Assembly: GCA_963769885.1 (NCBI GenBank)
Contig: CAVYNH010000005.1
Location: 64,001 to 128,000, forward strand
Reading direction: 5' to 3'
DNA: 64,000 nucleotides
Source of the DNA: Methanobacteriota archaeon
GTDB taxonomy: Archaea; Thermoplasmatota; E2; DHVEG-1
The notes below the pieces were generated by a model, which saw nothing but the letters and a program-made list of their open reading frames with translations, had not been told where the DNA came from and made no database searches. The number at the start of each line of letters is the position of its first letter. Position 1 is the stretch's first letter. Of this stretch, positions 9,098 through 17,241 are shown piece by piece. A program made the translations under genes and the position numbers.

Positions 9098-10450
9098 TTA
9101 TGGAGTGTTGATCTCAAAGGGGGTTTTCGCAGGGTGCTTGTCGAAGATGAACCAGGGAAGAATGATATAGAAGGGATAATGGTGGGGTAACTGTATTTTA
9201 AGGATTAGGTTAATGCCGTAGATCAGTTTCCATCCGAAGCGCAGCTCTTGGTAGTAGTTCCCGTCGATGCAGGGACTGCCCGGTGCCTGGGCATGGAACG
9301 GTTTAATCAGGGTGAAGAAAAGCGAGCGGTTGTTCTCAACAAAGTTGTTTTCGGTGATGGTGACCGCGCTGCGAAAGATTTCGGTTTGAATCCCGAGGTC
9401 GTTGTGTCGAAGTTCGTTGCGTGTAAAGAGGTTGTCCGTATGTATCATGGAGATGGCCATGCCGACCCTGCAATTGGAGATGTTGTTGAGCCTCACCTGC
9501 CCATGGGAGCCGTTGCCGGTATAGACAATAGCATAATCATTGTTCCAGAATCTATTCCCATAAATAATGTTATAATCGCCGCGATTGATCTCGATGCCGT
9601 GATTGCCGTTTCGGAATGAGTTCTTCGAGATGTTTACCTGATCCGAGTAAACGATGACGCCTGTTGAGCCCCCCTCGAACGTGTTTTCAAAAGCAACGAC
9701 GTTCTCAGAATCGTAGATCTGGACCGCCATGAGGGTTGCATTGAAGGAATTGTTCACGACAAGACAGTTACCCGAGTTCTTGCACATATAGAGCTCATTA
9801 ACCAGGATATCGGAAAAACGGTTGTTTCGAATCTGCGTGTTGGGGCTTCCTTCGAGGTAGATACCAGTGGTGCTAAGGATATTGTCGGTAATGTAGGTGG
9901 TCGAGGCGTTGTACAGGCCGATACTGCGCCAGGTTCCAGTAATGATGTTTCGCGCGATAAAGTTCTCGTCCCCACGGACCGTTATCCCGGTGGTCATCGT
10001 CATGTTCCCGTTCACCGTGCCATTCAAGATGTTGTCAGCGATCGTGTTGCCATCAGATAAAATGAGGACAAGGGAGGCAGTCCAGTTGCCGGACGTGTTT
10101 CGAATGGTGAACCCGGTGATAGCGCAACTAGCGAGAAGCACGGTACCGTTCCCTCGTTGACCGGCGTCGATGATAGTCGTATCCTTATCCTCGCCTTCTA
10201 AGATTATGGACTGATTAACGACGACGTTTTCCATGTACGGCGAGCCTTGACTATAGACGAACACCGTGTCCCCAAACGCGGCTGCATCGATTGCATCCTG
10301 AATCTTGCTATAATTCCCGGGTCCCGACCCACCCACATACAGGGTTGTGTACCTTTGTGACGCCCCATGCCTGTCGCTGGATTGCGCAAGCACCGAGATG
10401 CTCGTCCCAAGAAACAGCAGGACAACGCCTACGGCCATGGATTTCTTCAT
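9098..10450 (-). CDS. Secreted NosD/CASH right-handed beta-helix protein
   Basis: Signal peptide (MKKSMAVGVVLLFLG), LYVGGSGPGNYSKIQDAID.A..GDTVFVY...Y.ENV motif, many I..N.F/I beta-helix repeats, C-terminal FDKHPAKTPFEI. Confidence 0.9.
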   Translation of the reverse strand: MKKSMAVGVVLLFLGTSISVLAQSSDRHGASQRYTTLYVGGSGPGNYSKIQDAIDAAAFGDTVFVYSQGSPYMENVVVNQSIILEGEDKDTTIIDAGQRGNGTVLLASCAITGFTIRNTSGNWTASLVLILSDGNTIADNILNGTVNGNMTMTTGITVRGDENFIARNIITGTWRSIGLYNASTTYITDNILSTTGIYLEGSPNTQIRNNRFSDILVNELYMCKNSGNCLVVNNSFNATLMAVQIYDSENVVAFENTFEGGSTGVIVYSDQVNISKNSFRNGNHGIEINRGDYNIIYGNRFWNNDYAIVYTGNGSHGQVRLNNISNCRVGMAISMIHTDNLFTRNELRHNDLGIQTEIFRSAVTITENNFVENNRSLFFTLIKPFHAQAPGSPCIDGNYYQELRFGWKLIYGINLILKIQLPHHYPFYIILPWFIFDKHPAKTPFEINTP

Positions 10451-10576
10451 AGCAGTCCCCCTGATTAGTTATCGTTAAAGCAGCTATTAAGCATATCCCT
10501 GCCCTTTATATATTAAAAAAACGAGTAATAAGACGTTCAGACCACGCCTCGTAAGGATAATTCAAAATTCGATGAG

Positions 10577-11248
10577 TTATATCCGCCGAAATCCGCGGGT
10601 GAAGAACTGTCGAATCGACAGCGCCATCCGATCGCTCCGATAACTCAGCGGGATGGTCTGCCCCCCACCCCAGCAACGCCCCTTCTGTATCTCCGAGACG
10701 ACCGTGTCCAACCGATCGTCCGTGGTATCAACCGTGGTGTAGGCGTACCCAACGTACTGCGGCATATGCGAGTCGCTACCACCGGTCCCCCCCAAATGCA
10801 TGGACCGGGCGATCCGCGCGCACTTGACGTTCGTCCGCGGCAGGCTACACCCGTTGAACACCTCGATCGCGGGAACCTTCGACGAGATCACCTCGAGCCT
10901 CTCCACATGGACCCCGGACAGGAACCGGTACACATGCGGCACGACCGGAATCCCACCCCGATCCACCACCGCCTCCACCGTCTCTACTATGGGAAGCCCC
11001 CGAGGAACCGGCTCCGTGACATTCAGCGCAAGCAGATGCCCCTCACCCGTGGAAATCTCTATGGCGGGGATGGCGATGAAGCCTTTCGGCGCCGCCGCCT
11101 GCGCCTTCAACCCCCCCTCCACCGTGTTGTGATCCGTGATGGCGACTCCGTGCAAACCCCTCTTCTGAAGTACAGCCATGATTTCCTGCGGCGTCCCCGC
11201 GCCATCTTCAGAGTAACACGAATGGACATGAAGATCAAGCCGAAGCAT
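10577..11248 (-). CDS. PHP-domain metal-dependent phosphoesterase
   Basis: Start reassigned to MLRLDLHVHS; HxH, AITDHN, EIST..GH, PH, EVFN, GGSDSH motifs. Confidence 0.92.
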   Translation of the reverse strand: MLRLDLHVHSCYSEDGAGTPQEIMAVLQKRGLHGVAITDHNTVEGGLKAQAAAPKGFIAIPAIEISTGEGHLLALNVTEPVPRGLPIVETVEAVVDRGGIPVVPHVYRFLSGVHVERLEVISSKVPAIEVFNGCSLPRTNVKCARIARSMHLGGTGGSDSHMPQYVGYAYTTVDTTDDRLDTVVSEIQKGRCWGGGQTIPLSYRSDRMALSIRQFFTRGFRRI

Positions 11249-11560
11249 AATGAACCGTCCGAAAGCCCCGGCCGTTTTTGTAGCTTCCGGTAAACACTCA
11301 CAATAAAAAGAAAGTGTTAAATAAGCCAACCCAATTGACGGGCAGTGGGAGAGGCAGAAATTCCTATGATGGCCGAGAAGCCACGACAACTGAGCAGACA
11401 TAAGTTTGGGGACCTCGAACTCGTCGACAAAACCCTCTTTTTCATCTGTGCAAACCGACGAGACAACTAGCCCACCCCAAAAAAAAGAGCCGCACACGGC
11501 AAAAACTTATTTAAGCCTCCGATGGATTAATACACCCTACGTGAGACCATAGGAGGAAAG

Positions 11561-12331
11561 ATGCAAATGGAGAAATATTTAGAGTCAATGACATCACAAA
11601 AAGGAACTCGGGTCACCACCGGGATCAAAGGCCTCGACGAACTCCTCCACGGAGGACTCCCCACCGGCTCCATCACCCTCGTCTCCGGCACCCCAGGCAC
11701 CGGCAAGACGATCCTCTGCTTCCAATTCATCAACGCCGGACTCACCAACGGCGAAAAATGCCTCTTCCTCACCAGCGACGACCGCATCCCCAACCTCATC
11801 CTCCAAGCCCGCGAATTCGGCTTCGACTTCGACGCTCCCACCAAAACCGGCCAACTCCGCTTCGTCTACCTCAACCCCGAAAAACACACCCTCCACCGCG
11901 ACCTCGAAGACGAACTCCAATCCCAAAACTATACCCGCCTCGTCCTCGACTCCCTCACCCCCCTCTCCGAAATGCCGGTCTGGGTCGTCAGCCACGGCAC
12001 CGAAATCATCCCCTCCGACGACAGCACCGCCAACTCCCCCTACCCCCTCAACTCCATCCAAGCCATGCGCGTCCACCTCCGCCGCCTCATGACCATCCTC
12101 AAATCCGAACACTGCACCAGCCTCGTCACCAGCGAAGTCCCCGAAGGCTCCCGAGACCTCTCCCGCGACTCCATCTCCGAATTCATGGTCGACGGCATCT
12201 TCGTCCTCGACCTCGATCCCACCATGGACCGACGCAAACTCACCATCCGCAAAATGCGCGCCACCAAACACACCCTCAAACCCCACACCATCGAAATCAC
12301 CGACCACGGCGGCATGCAACTCCAACTTTAA
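11561..12331 (+). CDS. Single-domain KaiC/RecA-superfamily ATPase
   Basis: TGI.GLD.LL.GG+P, Walker A GTPGTGKT, Walker B LVLDSL, TSE, EF.VDG, RKMR arginine fingers; GGAGG SD. Confidence 0.92.
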   Translation: MQMEKYLESMTSQKGTRVTTGIKGLDELLHGGLPTGSITLVSGTPGTGKTILCFQFINAGLTNGEKCLFLTSDDRIPNLILQAREFGFDFDAPTKTGQLRFVYLNPEKHTLHRDLEDELQSQNYTRLVLDSLTPLSEMPVWVVSHGTEIIPSDDSTANSPYPLNSIQAMRVHLRRLMTILKSEHCTSLVTSEVPEGSRDLSRDSISEFMVDGIFVLDLDPTMDRRKLTIRKMRATKHTLKPHTIEITDHGGMQLQL

Positions 12332-12407
12332 ACCCCGCCCTACCCCAGCCTCGTTTTTCCCGCAATAAAAGTAAAATAGTCACAGCCCATCACCCACCCA
12401 GGACGCC

Positions 12408-12965
12408 ATGCTCCCAAAAAACAGCCTCACCCGATCCCCACAGATCCTCGTCATCACCCGAGAAACCAGCCACTGCCCCCTCATCACCAACATGAGCCGC
12501 CTCGGCACCCGCTGCACCGACCTCGGCATAGCAGACGCCGACAAAGTCCTCATCAGCTACGACTACGGCCGCCGCCTCCTCACCACCGCACAACACGCCG
12601 ACGCCAAAACACTCCACCAAGACGACGTCGTCGAAATCGTCGACTACAACCCCCTCAACGACATCATGATGATCATCGGCCCCCAAGACCCCACCCCCGA
12701 AGCCCCCGTCCAATGGATGATCCAAAAAGCACGCCACGACATCAACATCACCCTCCACATCACCAACCCCGCCCTCAACGACACCCTCCCCCCCACCACC
12801 CCCCGCATCACCGACCCACTCCCCACCTCCACCATCGACAAAGCCAAAACCCTCCTCAAAGTACTCCACCAATCCCCCGTCATCGGCACCCCCACTGGCC
12901 CCCTCTTCATCGGCGTCAACGCCGCCACCATCGAACACCTCATCCAAACCCGCCTCCCGAAGTGA
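12408..12965 (+). CDS. Degenerate class II aldolase/adducin-fold protein
   Basis: Spacing pattern IS......LLT.......L...D+V.+......G...PTPE.....I..ARHDIN..LH resembles class II aldolases, but most catalytic residues are substituted; 7 bp upstream of mtnA. Confidence 0.6.
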   Translation: MLPKNSLTRSPQILVITRETSHCPLITNMSRLGTRCTDLGIADADKVLISYDYGRRLLTTAQHADAKTLHQDDVVEIVDYNPLNDIMMIIGPQDPTPEAPVQWMIQKARHDINITLHITNPALNDTLPPTTPRITDPLPTSTIDKAKTLLKVLHQSPVIGTPTGPLFIGVNAATIEHLIQTRLPK

Positions 12966-12972
12966 ACCATCT

Positions 12973-13932
12973 ATGAAATACCAAGGCAAAGACTACAAAG
13001 CACTCTGGCGCGAAGGTGACCGCATCCACTTCATCGACCAACGCCACCTCCCCTTCACCTTCGACATCTACACCGCGCGCACCGTCGACGACATCGCCTT
13101 CGCCATCAAAGACATGATCGTCCGCGGCGCCCCCGCCATCGGTGCCACCGCCGCCTACGGCATGGCCCTCAACAGCCACGACCCAAAACGCGCCGCCCAA
13201 CTCCTCGAGTCCACCCGGCCCACCGCCCATGACCTCTTCTACGCCGTCCGCTACATGACCCACGCCCTCCAAAAAGGAGAAGACCCCTTCATCGCTGCAG
13301 ACCAATACACCGACGAGCTCCTCCGCCGCTGTAAAAAAATCGGCGAACACGGCGCCCAGCTCATCTCCGACGGCACCCGCATCCTGACTCACTGCAACGC
13401 CGGCGCCCTCGCCACCGTTGACTACGGCACCGCCCTCGCCGTCCTGCGCGAAGCCCATCACCAAGACAAAAAGATGTACGTCTACGCCGACGAGACCCGA
13501 CCGCGGCTCCAAGGACTCCTCACCGCCTGGGAACTCTTCCACGAAGGCATCCCCTTCTCCCTCATCGCGGACAACGCCGCCGGCTACTACATAGCCAAAG
13601 GCGACATCGACCTCGTCATTGTCGGAGCCGACCGTATCGCCAAGAACGGCGATATCGCGAACAAGATCGGCACCTACGAAAAAGCCGTCCTCGCCCACCA
13701 CAACGACATCCCCTTCTACGTCGCAGCCCCAGAGAACACCTTTGACCCCACCCTCCTGCACGGAGCCCAGATCGTCATCGAAGAACGCTTCGGCAACGAA
13801 CTGAAGGAAGCCCACGGGGCGCGCCTCATCCCCGACTGGGTCCCCGTGAAAAACCCGGCCTTCGACGTCACCCCCCACCAGCTCATCACCGGCTACATCA
13901 CCGAGAATGGCATCCGAAAAACCTGGCAATAA
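12973..13932 (+). CDS. mtnA: S-methyl-5-thioribose-1-phosphate isomerase (eIF2B-alpha family)
   Basis: DQR.LP, M.VRGAPAIG, RPTA, LTHCNAGALAT..GTAL, DETRP.LQG, VGADRI..NGD.ANKIGTY, NPAFDVTP. Confidence 0.93.
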   Translation: MKYQGKDYKALWREGDRIHFIDQRHLPFTFDIYTARTVDDIAFAIKDMIVRGAPAIGATAAYGMALNSHDPKRAAQLLESTRPTAHDLFYAVRYMTHALQKGEDPFIAADQYTDELLRRCKKIGEHGAQLISDGTRILTHCNAGALATVDYGTALAVLREAHHQDKKMYVYADETRPRLQGLLTAWELFHEGIPFSLIADNAAGYYIAKGDIDLVIVGADRIAKNGDIANKIGTYEKAVLAHHNDIPFYVAAPENTFDPTLLHGAQIVIEERFGNELKEAHGARLIPDWVPVKNPAFDVTPHQLITGYITENGIRKTWQ

Positions 13933-14010
13933 CACTCCAGGCTTACCTCTGTTTTCCCCATGAAGCCTGAGATTTAAATAGCCAGAACCAGATGCATCCC
14001 TTTGAGCTTG

Positions 14011-14262
14011 ATGAAGCTAGAAACCTGGGACGAATGCGAAGACCAGAACCCCTTCTTCTGTTGGTCCTGCGGTAAGCAACTTATAATAACTGACGAAATC
14101 AAGGAACGAATCTGCGCAGACTGTAAAAAAAGCCCTCGTAAGAAACCAACCGACAACACCTTCTACTGCTGGGCCTGCGGCAAACCACTCCGCTCTATGG
14201 ACGAAGTCGCCCAAGGCATTTGCGCCGCCTGCCGCAGCGCGATCCTCCGAAAACTGCGATAA
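14011..14262 (+). CDS. Small double zinc-finger protein
   Basis: Two copies of F-x-C-W-x-C-G-K-x-L-x4-E-x4-I-C-A-x-C; TATA (TTTAAATA ~13973-13980) upstream. Confidence 0.8.
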   Translation: MKLETWDECEDQNPFFCWSCGKQLIITDEIKERICADCKKSPRKKPTDNTFYCWACGKPLRSMDEVAQGICAACRSAILRKLR

Positions 14263-14290
14263 ATAAAGAAAGGAGGAGGGGGAGCCCGAA

Positions 14291-17101
14291 CTATGAGGCT
14301 CCATCCAAACTGCCCTCGTTACAGGGCTGGTACGGGTTGAACGCAGGGTCGCCATACAAGGCGAACTCATGTAAGGCGACGTACTTCTTGTCCAACACCC
14401 TCGTCCGCTCATTCTGCAGCTGCGGGGCGATGGACGACGCCAGCATAGCATTCAGCGCCGGACAATCCGTGAACAGCGACAGCGGCGGCGTCCACAAGAA
14501 GGTCGCGTTCGCATCCGCGGGGAGGTACGCGTTCTTGGAGTCGCGCAGCGCCCGGCCGATGTCCGCATCGTTGTCAATCAGGTTCTGGATGGTCTTCTCC
14601 GCTATGACCGCACCGAAATGCAGGTCGGGGAACCGATGCCGCAGCTTATACTGCAGGATCGCCTTCAACAGCCCGAGGATGCCGAAGCCGAGCCCGTTGG
14701 CGAACAGCCGAGGCTCCAGGTACCCGGGGTCCGCGGTGACCCGCGTCGACCCGATGTAGGCGTTCACGCCCACATGGAGGTACTCCTGGGACAGGACACT
14801 CTCCGCGAGCATCCCATCCGTCCGCGCCGTGATGCAGCTCTCCACGAAGATGACGGCCGGACCGTACTTCATCCCGCTCACCGCCCGCAGGTCATAGGCG
14901 CCCTTATCGGATAGGCTGCTGCGGGCCTTGGGGTAGATCCGGGCCCAGGTGGTTACCCCTGGGAACCCCCGGGAGTCGATGAAGACGTCGCCGAACTCAT
15001 ACATGTTGAAGAACCCATGGGAGAACGCGAAGATCAGGCTGCTGTTTTCCTGCATCGAGCCGCCCTTAACCTTCTCTGTTGCACTCAAGAGGTTGATGAG
15101 TTTCTTTGGGAAGAGGAGTTTGCTGAGAAGCCCTGTGTTCTTGATGCGGTCCAGCCCGGTGAGGGTGAAGCCTTCGCGCTGGGACTGCAGCCAGAACGTA
15201 TGTTTGGCGTCGTACCCGCCCGTGGCCATGAGTTCGGTAAGCTTGGTGTTAATGAACCAGCTCTCACCGGTGGGGAACTTCGTCGGCTCCCCTCGGCCAC
15301 TGTAGAGGATGGATTCAAGCTTGGTCGCGATTGGTAGGTTTTGGAACTCCAGGCCGCAGCCGGTCTGCACCAGCGAGGTGTTCTTCCACTCGCTCATGTT
15401 CGCGATGATGTTCTCATAAAAGAAAGTCCGGTCGAGCAGGGCGCTGACGTCCTGGGCATCAATCCCGGTAACCCGACCGACGGCGTTCTCCTGGACCGGC
15501 CAATAGGTCAGGGTGTCATTCTCTGGGTCAGTGGGCCGGGGGTCGATGTCCCCGAAGTAGAAGTCGCTGGGGACGTAGTAACCCATGATTGCCCCGTTGT
15601 GCGTGTCTGCCATCCCGTCGGGGTTGTGGTAGAAGTACATCGGGACCATGGTGGGGTCTGCGACAATCGCGATGTAGGCGGGGTCCTGGTAGTAATGCTC
15701 TCGGAGGGATTTCGTGTCGTTGGTGTCGATGTGGGCGAGGCTTGCGAGGAGTGTGTTGAGCTGGTCGTGGATCGCCTTAGTATGTTCGTTGGAGGCGGGC
15801 CCGAGGTAGAAGTTACTGCCGGGCTGGGTGACGCCGGGGCAGGGGCTGCCGTTGTAGAGAACGTTGTCATCTGCGGCGAAGGCGAATGAGGTGTTGGCGA
15901 AGACAATCCCCTGGTGGTACGCGGCGAGGTAGGCTGCTGTGCTGGAGATGTTGGACATGAGGGGGACGAGGGGGGAGTCGATGCTGTCGACGGTGATACG
16001 GAGGTTGTATTTGCCGGAGGTCTGGGCGAACCAGCTGCCGTAGACCTTGACGTGGTACGTGCCTGGCTTATTGTACATGACGGTCTCGAAGTGGACGCGG
16101 TCTTCGACAATCAAGCCCTCAGGGTCCCGGATGGGGGTGCCGCCGGCCGAGGATCCGTAGAAGTAGGTCTGGTTGGCGGAGTCGGTGAGCATGAACATGA
16201 TGCGGTCGCCGAGGAGCTGGACGTTCTGGGAGTCGAGGTTGCGCAAGTCGAAGCTGAGGACGGCGTACTTATATCCCTCAGGGATGGTGAAGTCGTGGGT
16301 GGCGAGGGCACCATGCCGCAGCACGGCCCACGCCTGGCTGGGGAGGACGACGGAGGAGGTCGCGGTGCCGTTGAACTCGTAGCGGGTGCTGTTGAGGATG
16401 GCTGGCTGGTGGGCGTCGAGAGGGTTGGTGATGACGATGTAGTTGGAGGGTGAGCCGAACTTGGTCTTGATGACGGCCTGGGTCTCGGATAGGATCTGGG
16501 CGGGGGAGGTGAAGTAGATGGCGTTGTAGGTCTCGGTGCAGGCGATGTTGCCGCAGACGTAGAGGTTGTGGATGCCGAGGTAGTCGAGGACGTCGACGAC
16601 GTCGCTGTCGAACTGCGCGGCGACGATGACGGGGATGCTGAGATACGAGGCGAGGGGGGTGATGCAGACGCCAAGGTCGTAGCCGGTCTGGTCTTCGCTG
16701 AGCAGGACCGCGGTGTCACTATGTTTCCAGAGGAGGACGGCGGCGGCGAGGGAGGCGCGTTCGGGGCTGGCGCCACCCACGATGTAGTCGGCGTAGATGC
16801 CGGTCATGGATTCGGCGCGCTGGACCGCGGTGGAGGGGCTATTGAAGTTTTTGATGTAGAGCGGGATAATTTCCTGGTTTTTCCCATTGTAGTGGATGGC
16901 GAGGGGGGTGGCGATGAGGGCGTAGAAGGGGCTGGCGTCAGAGGCGGCGATGGCGGTGGGGAAGTCGGGGATGAACGCCGCGGAGGCGTTGAAATACGGC
17001 TGTGGGGTGGAGGGGGCGCTGGTCGCGGGGGTCAGGGGGACCGCCGTGGTCAGGAGCAGGACGACGGCTGCAATTGAGAGGAGAGAAGTGTTCTTATGCA
17101 T
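14291..17101 (-). CDS. Secreted C25 (gingipain-family) cysteine peptidase with N-terminal CW_binding_2-like segment
   Basis: Signal peptide; AIVADPTMVP, SD.YFGD, VGR+, catalytic SHG and ESC, AYIGSTR, EFALYGDP; start taken as ATG 17101. Confidence 0.85.
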   Translation of the reverse strand: MHKNTSLLSIAAVVLLLTTAVPLTPATSAPSTPQPYFNASAAFIPDFPTAIAASDASPFYALIATPLAIHYNGKNQEIIPLYIKNFNSPSTAVQRAESMTGIYADYIVGGASPERASLAAAVLLWKHSDTAVLLSEDQTGYDLGVCITPLASYLSIPVIVAAQFDSDVVDVLDYLGIHNLYVCGNIACTETYNAIYFTSPAQILSETQAVIKTKFGSPSNYIVITNPLDAHQPAILNSTRYEFNGTATSSVVLPSQAWAVLRHGALATHDFTIPEGYKYAVLSFDLRNLDSQNVQLLGDRIMFMLTDSANQTYFYGSSAGGTPIRDPEGLIVEDRVHFETVMYNKPGTYHVKVYGSWFAQTSGKYNLRITVDSIDSPLVPLMSNISSTAAYLAAYHQGIVFANTSFAFAADDNVLYNGSPCPGVTQPGSNFYLGPASNEHTKAIHDQLNTLLASLAHIDTNDTKSLREHYYQDPAYIAIVADPTMVPMYFYHNPDGMADTHNGAIMGYYVPSDFYFGDIDPRPTDPENDTLTYWPVQENAVGRVTGIDAQDVSALLDRTFFYENIIANMSEWKNTSLVQTGCGLEFQNLPIATKLESILYSGRGEPTKFPTGESWFINTKLTELMATGGYDAKHTFWLQSQREGFTLTGLDRIKNTGLLSKLLFPKKLINLLSATEKVKGGSMQENSSLIFAFSHGFFNMYEFGDVFIDSRGFPGVTTWARIYPKARSSLSDKGAYDLRAVSGMKYGPAVIFVESCITARTDGMLAESVLSQEYLHVGVNAYIGSTRVTADPGYLEPRLFANGLGFGILGLLKAILQYKLRHRFPDLHFGAVIAEKTIQNLIDNDADIGRALRDSKNAYLPADANATFLWTPPLSLFTDCPALNAMLASSIAPQLQNERTRVLDKKYVALHEFALYGDPAFNPYQPCNEGSLDGAS

Positions 17102-17241
17102 AGAAATCAAGAGTAATTTATCCGAGAAGGTTATTTAAAAGTATTGAATATATAAAAGATTGATATAAATAGGTACAGCAAAGAGTCCTGGGATGGGAGA
17201 AAAAAAGAAGAAGGGGGAGGGGGGGTGCCCCTCTCGTAGTC

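Noticed and set aside
11366-11400. C/D box sRNA (ATGATGG...CTGA)
   Set aside because: The C box is imperfect and there is no convincing second C'/D pair at the expected spacing.
12973-13932. Ribose-1,5-bisphosphate isomerase or aIF2B call for the eIF2B-like gene
   Set aside because: DQR.LP, VRGAPAIG and HCNAGALAT..GTAL motifs fit MtnA better.
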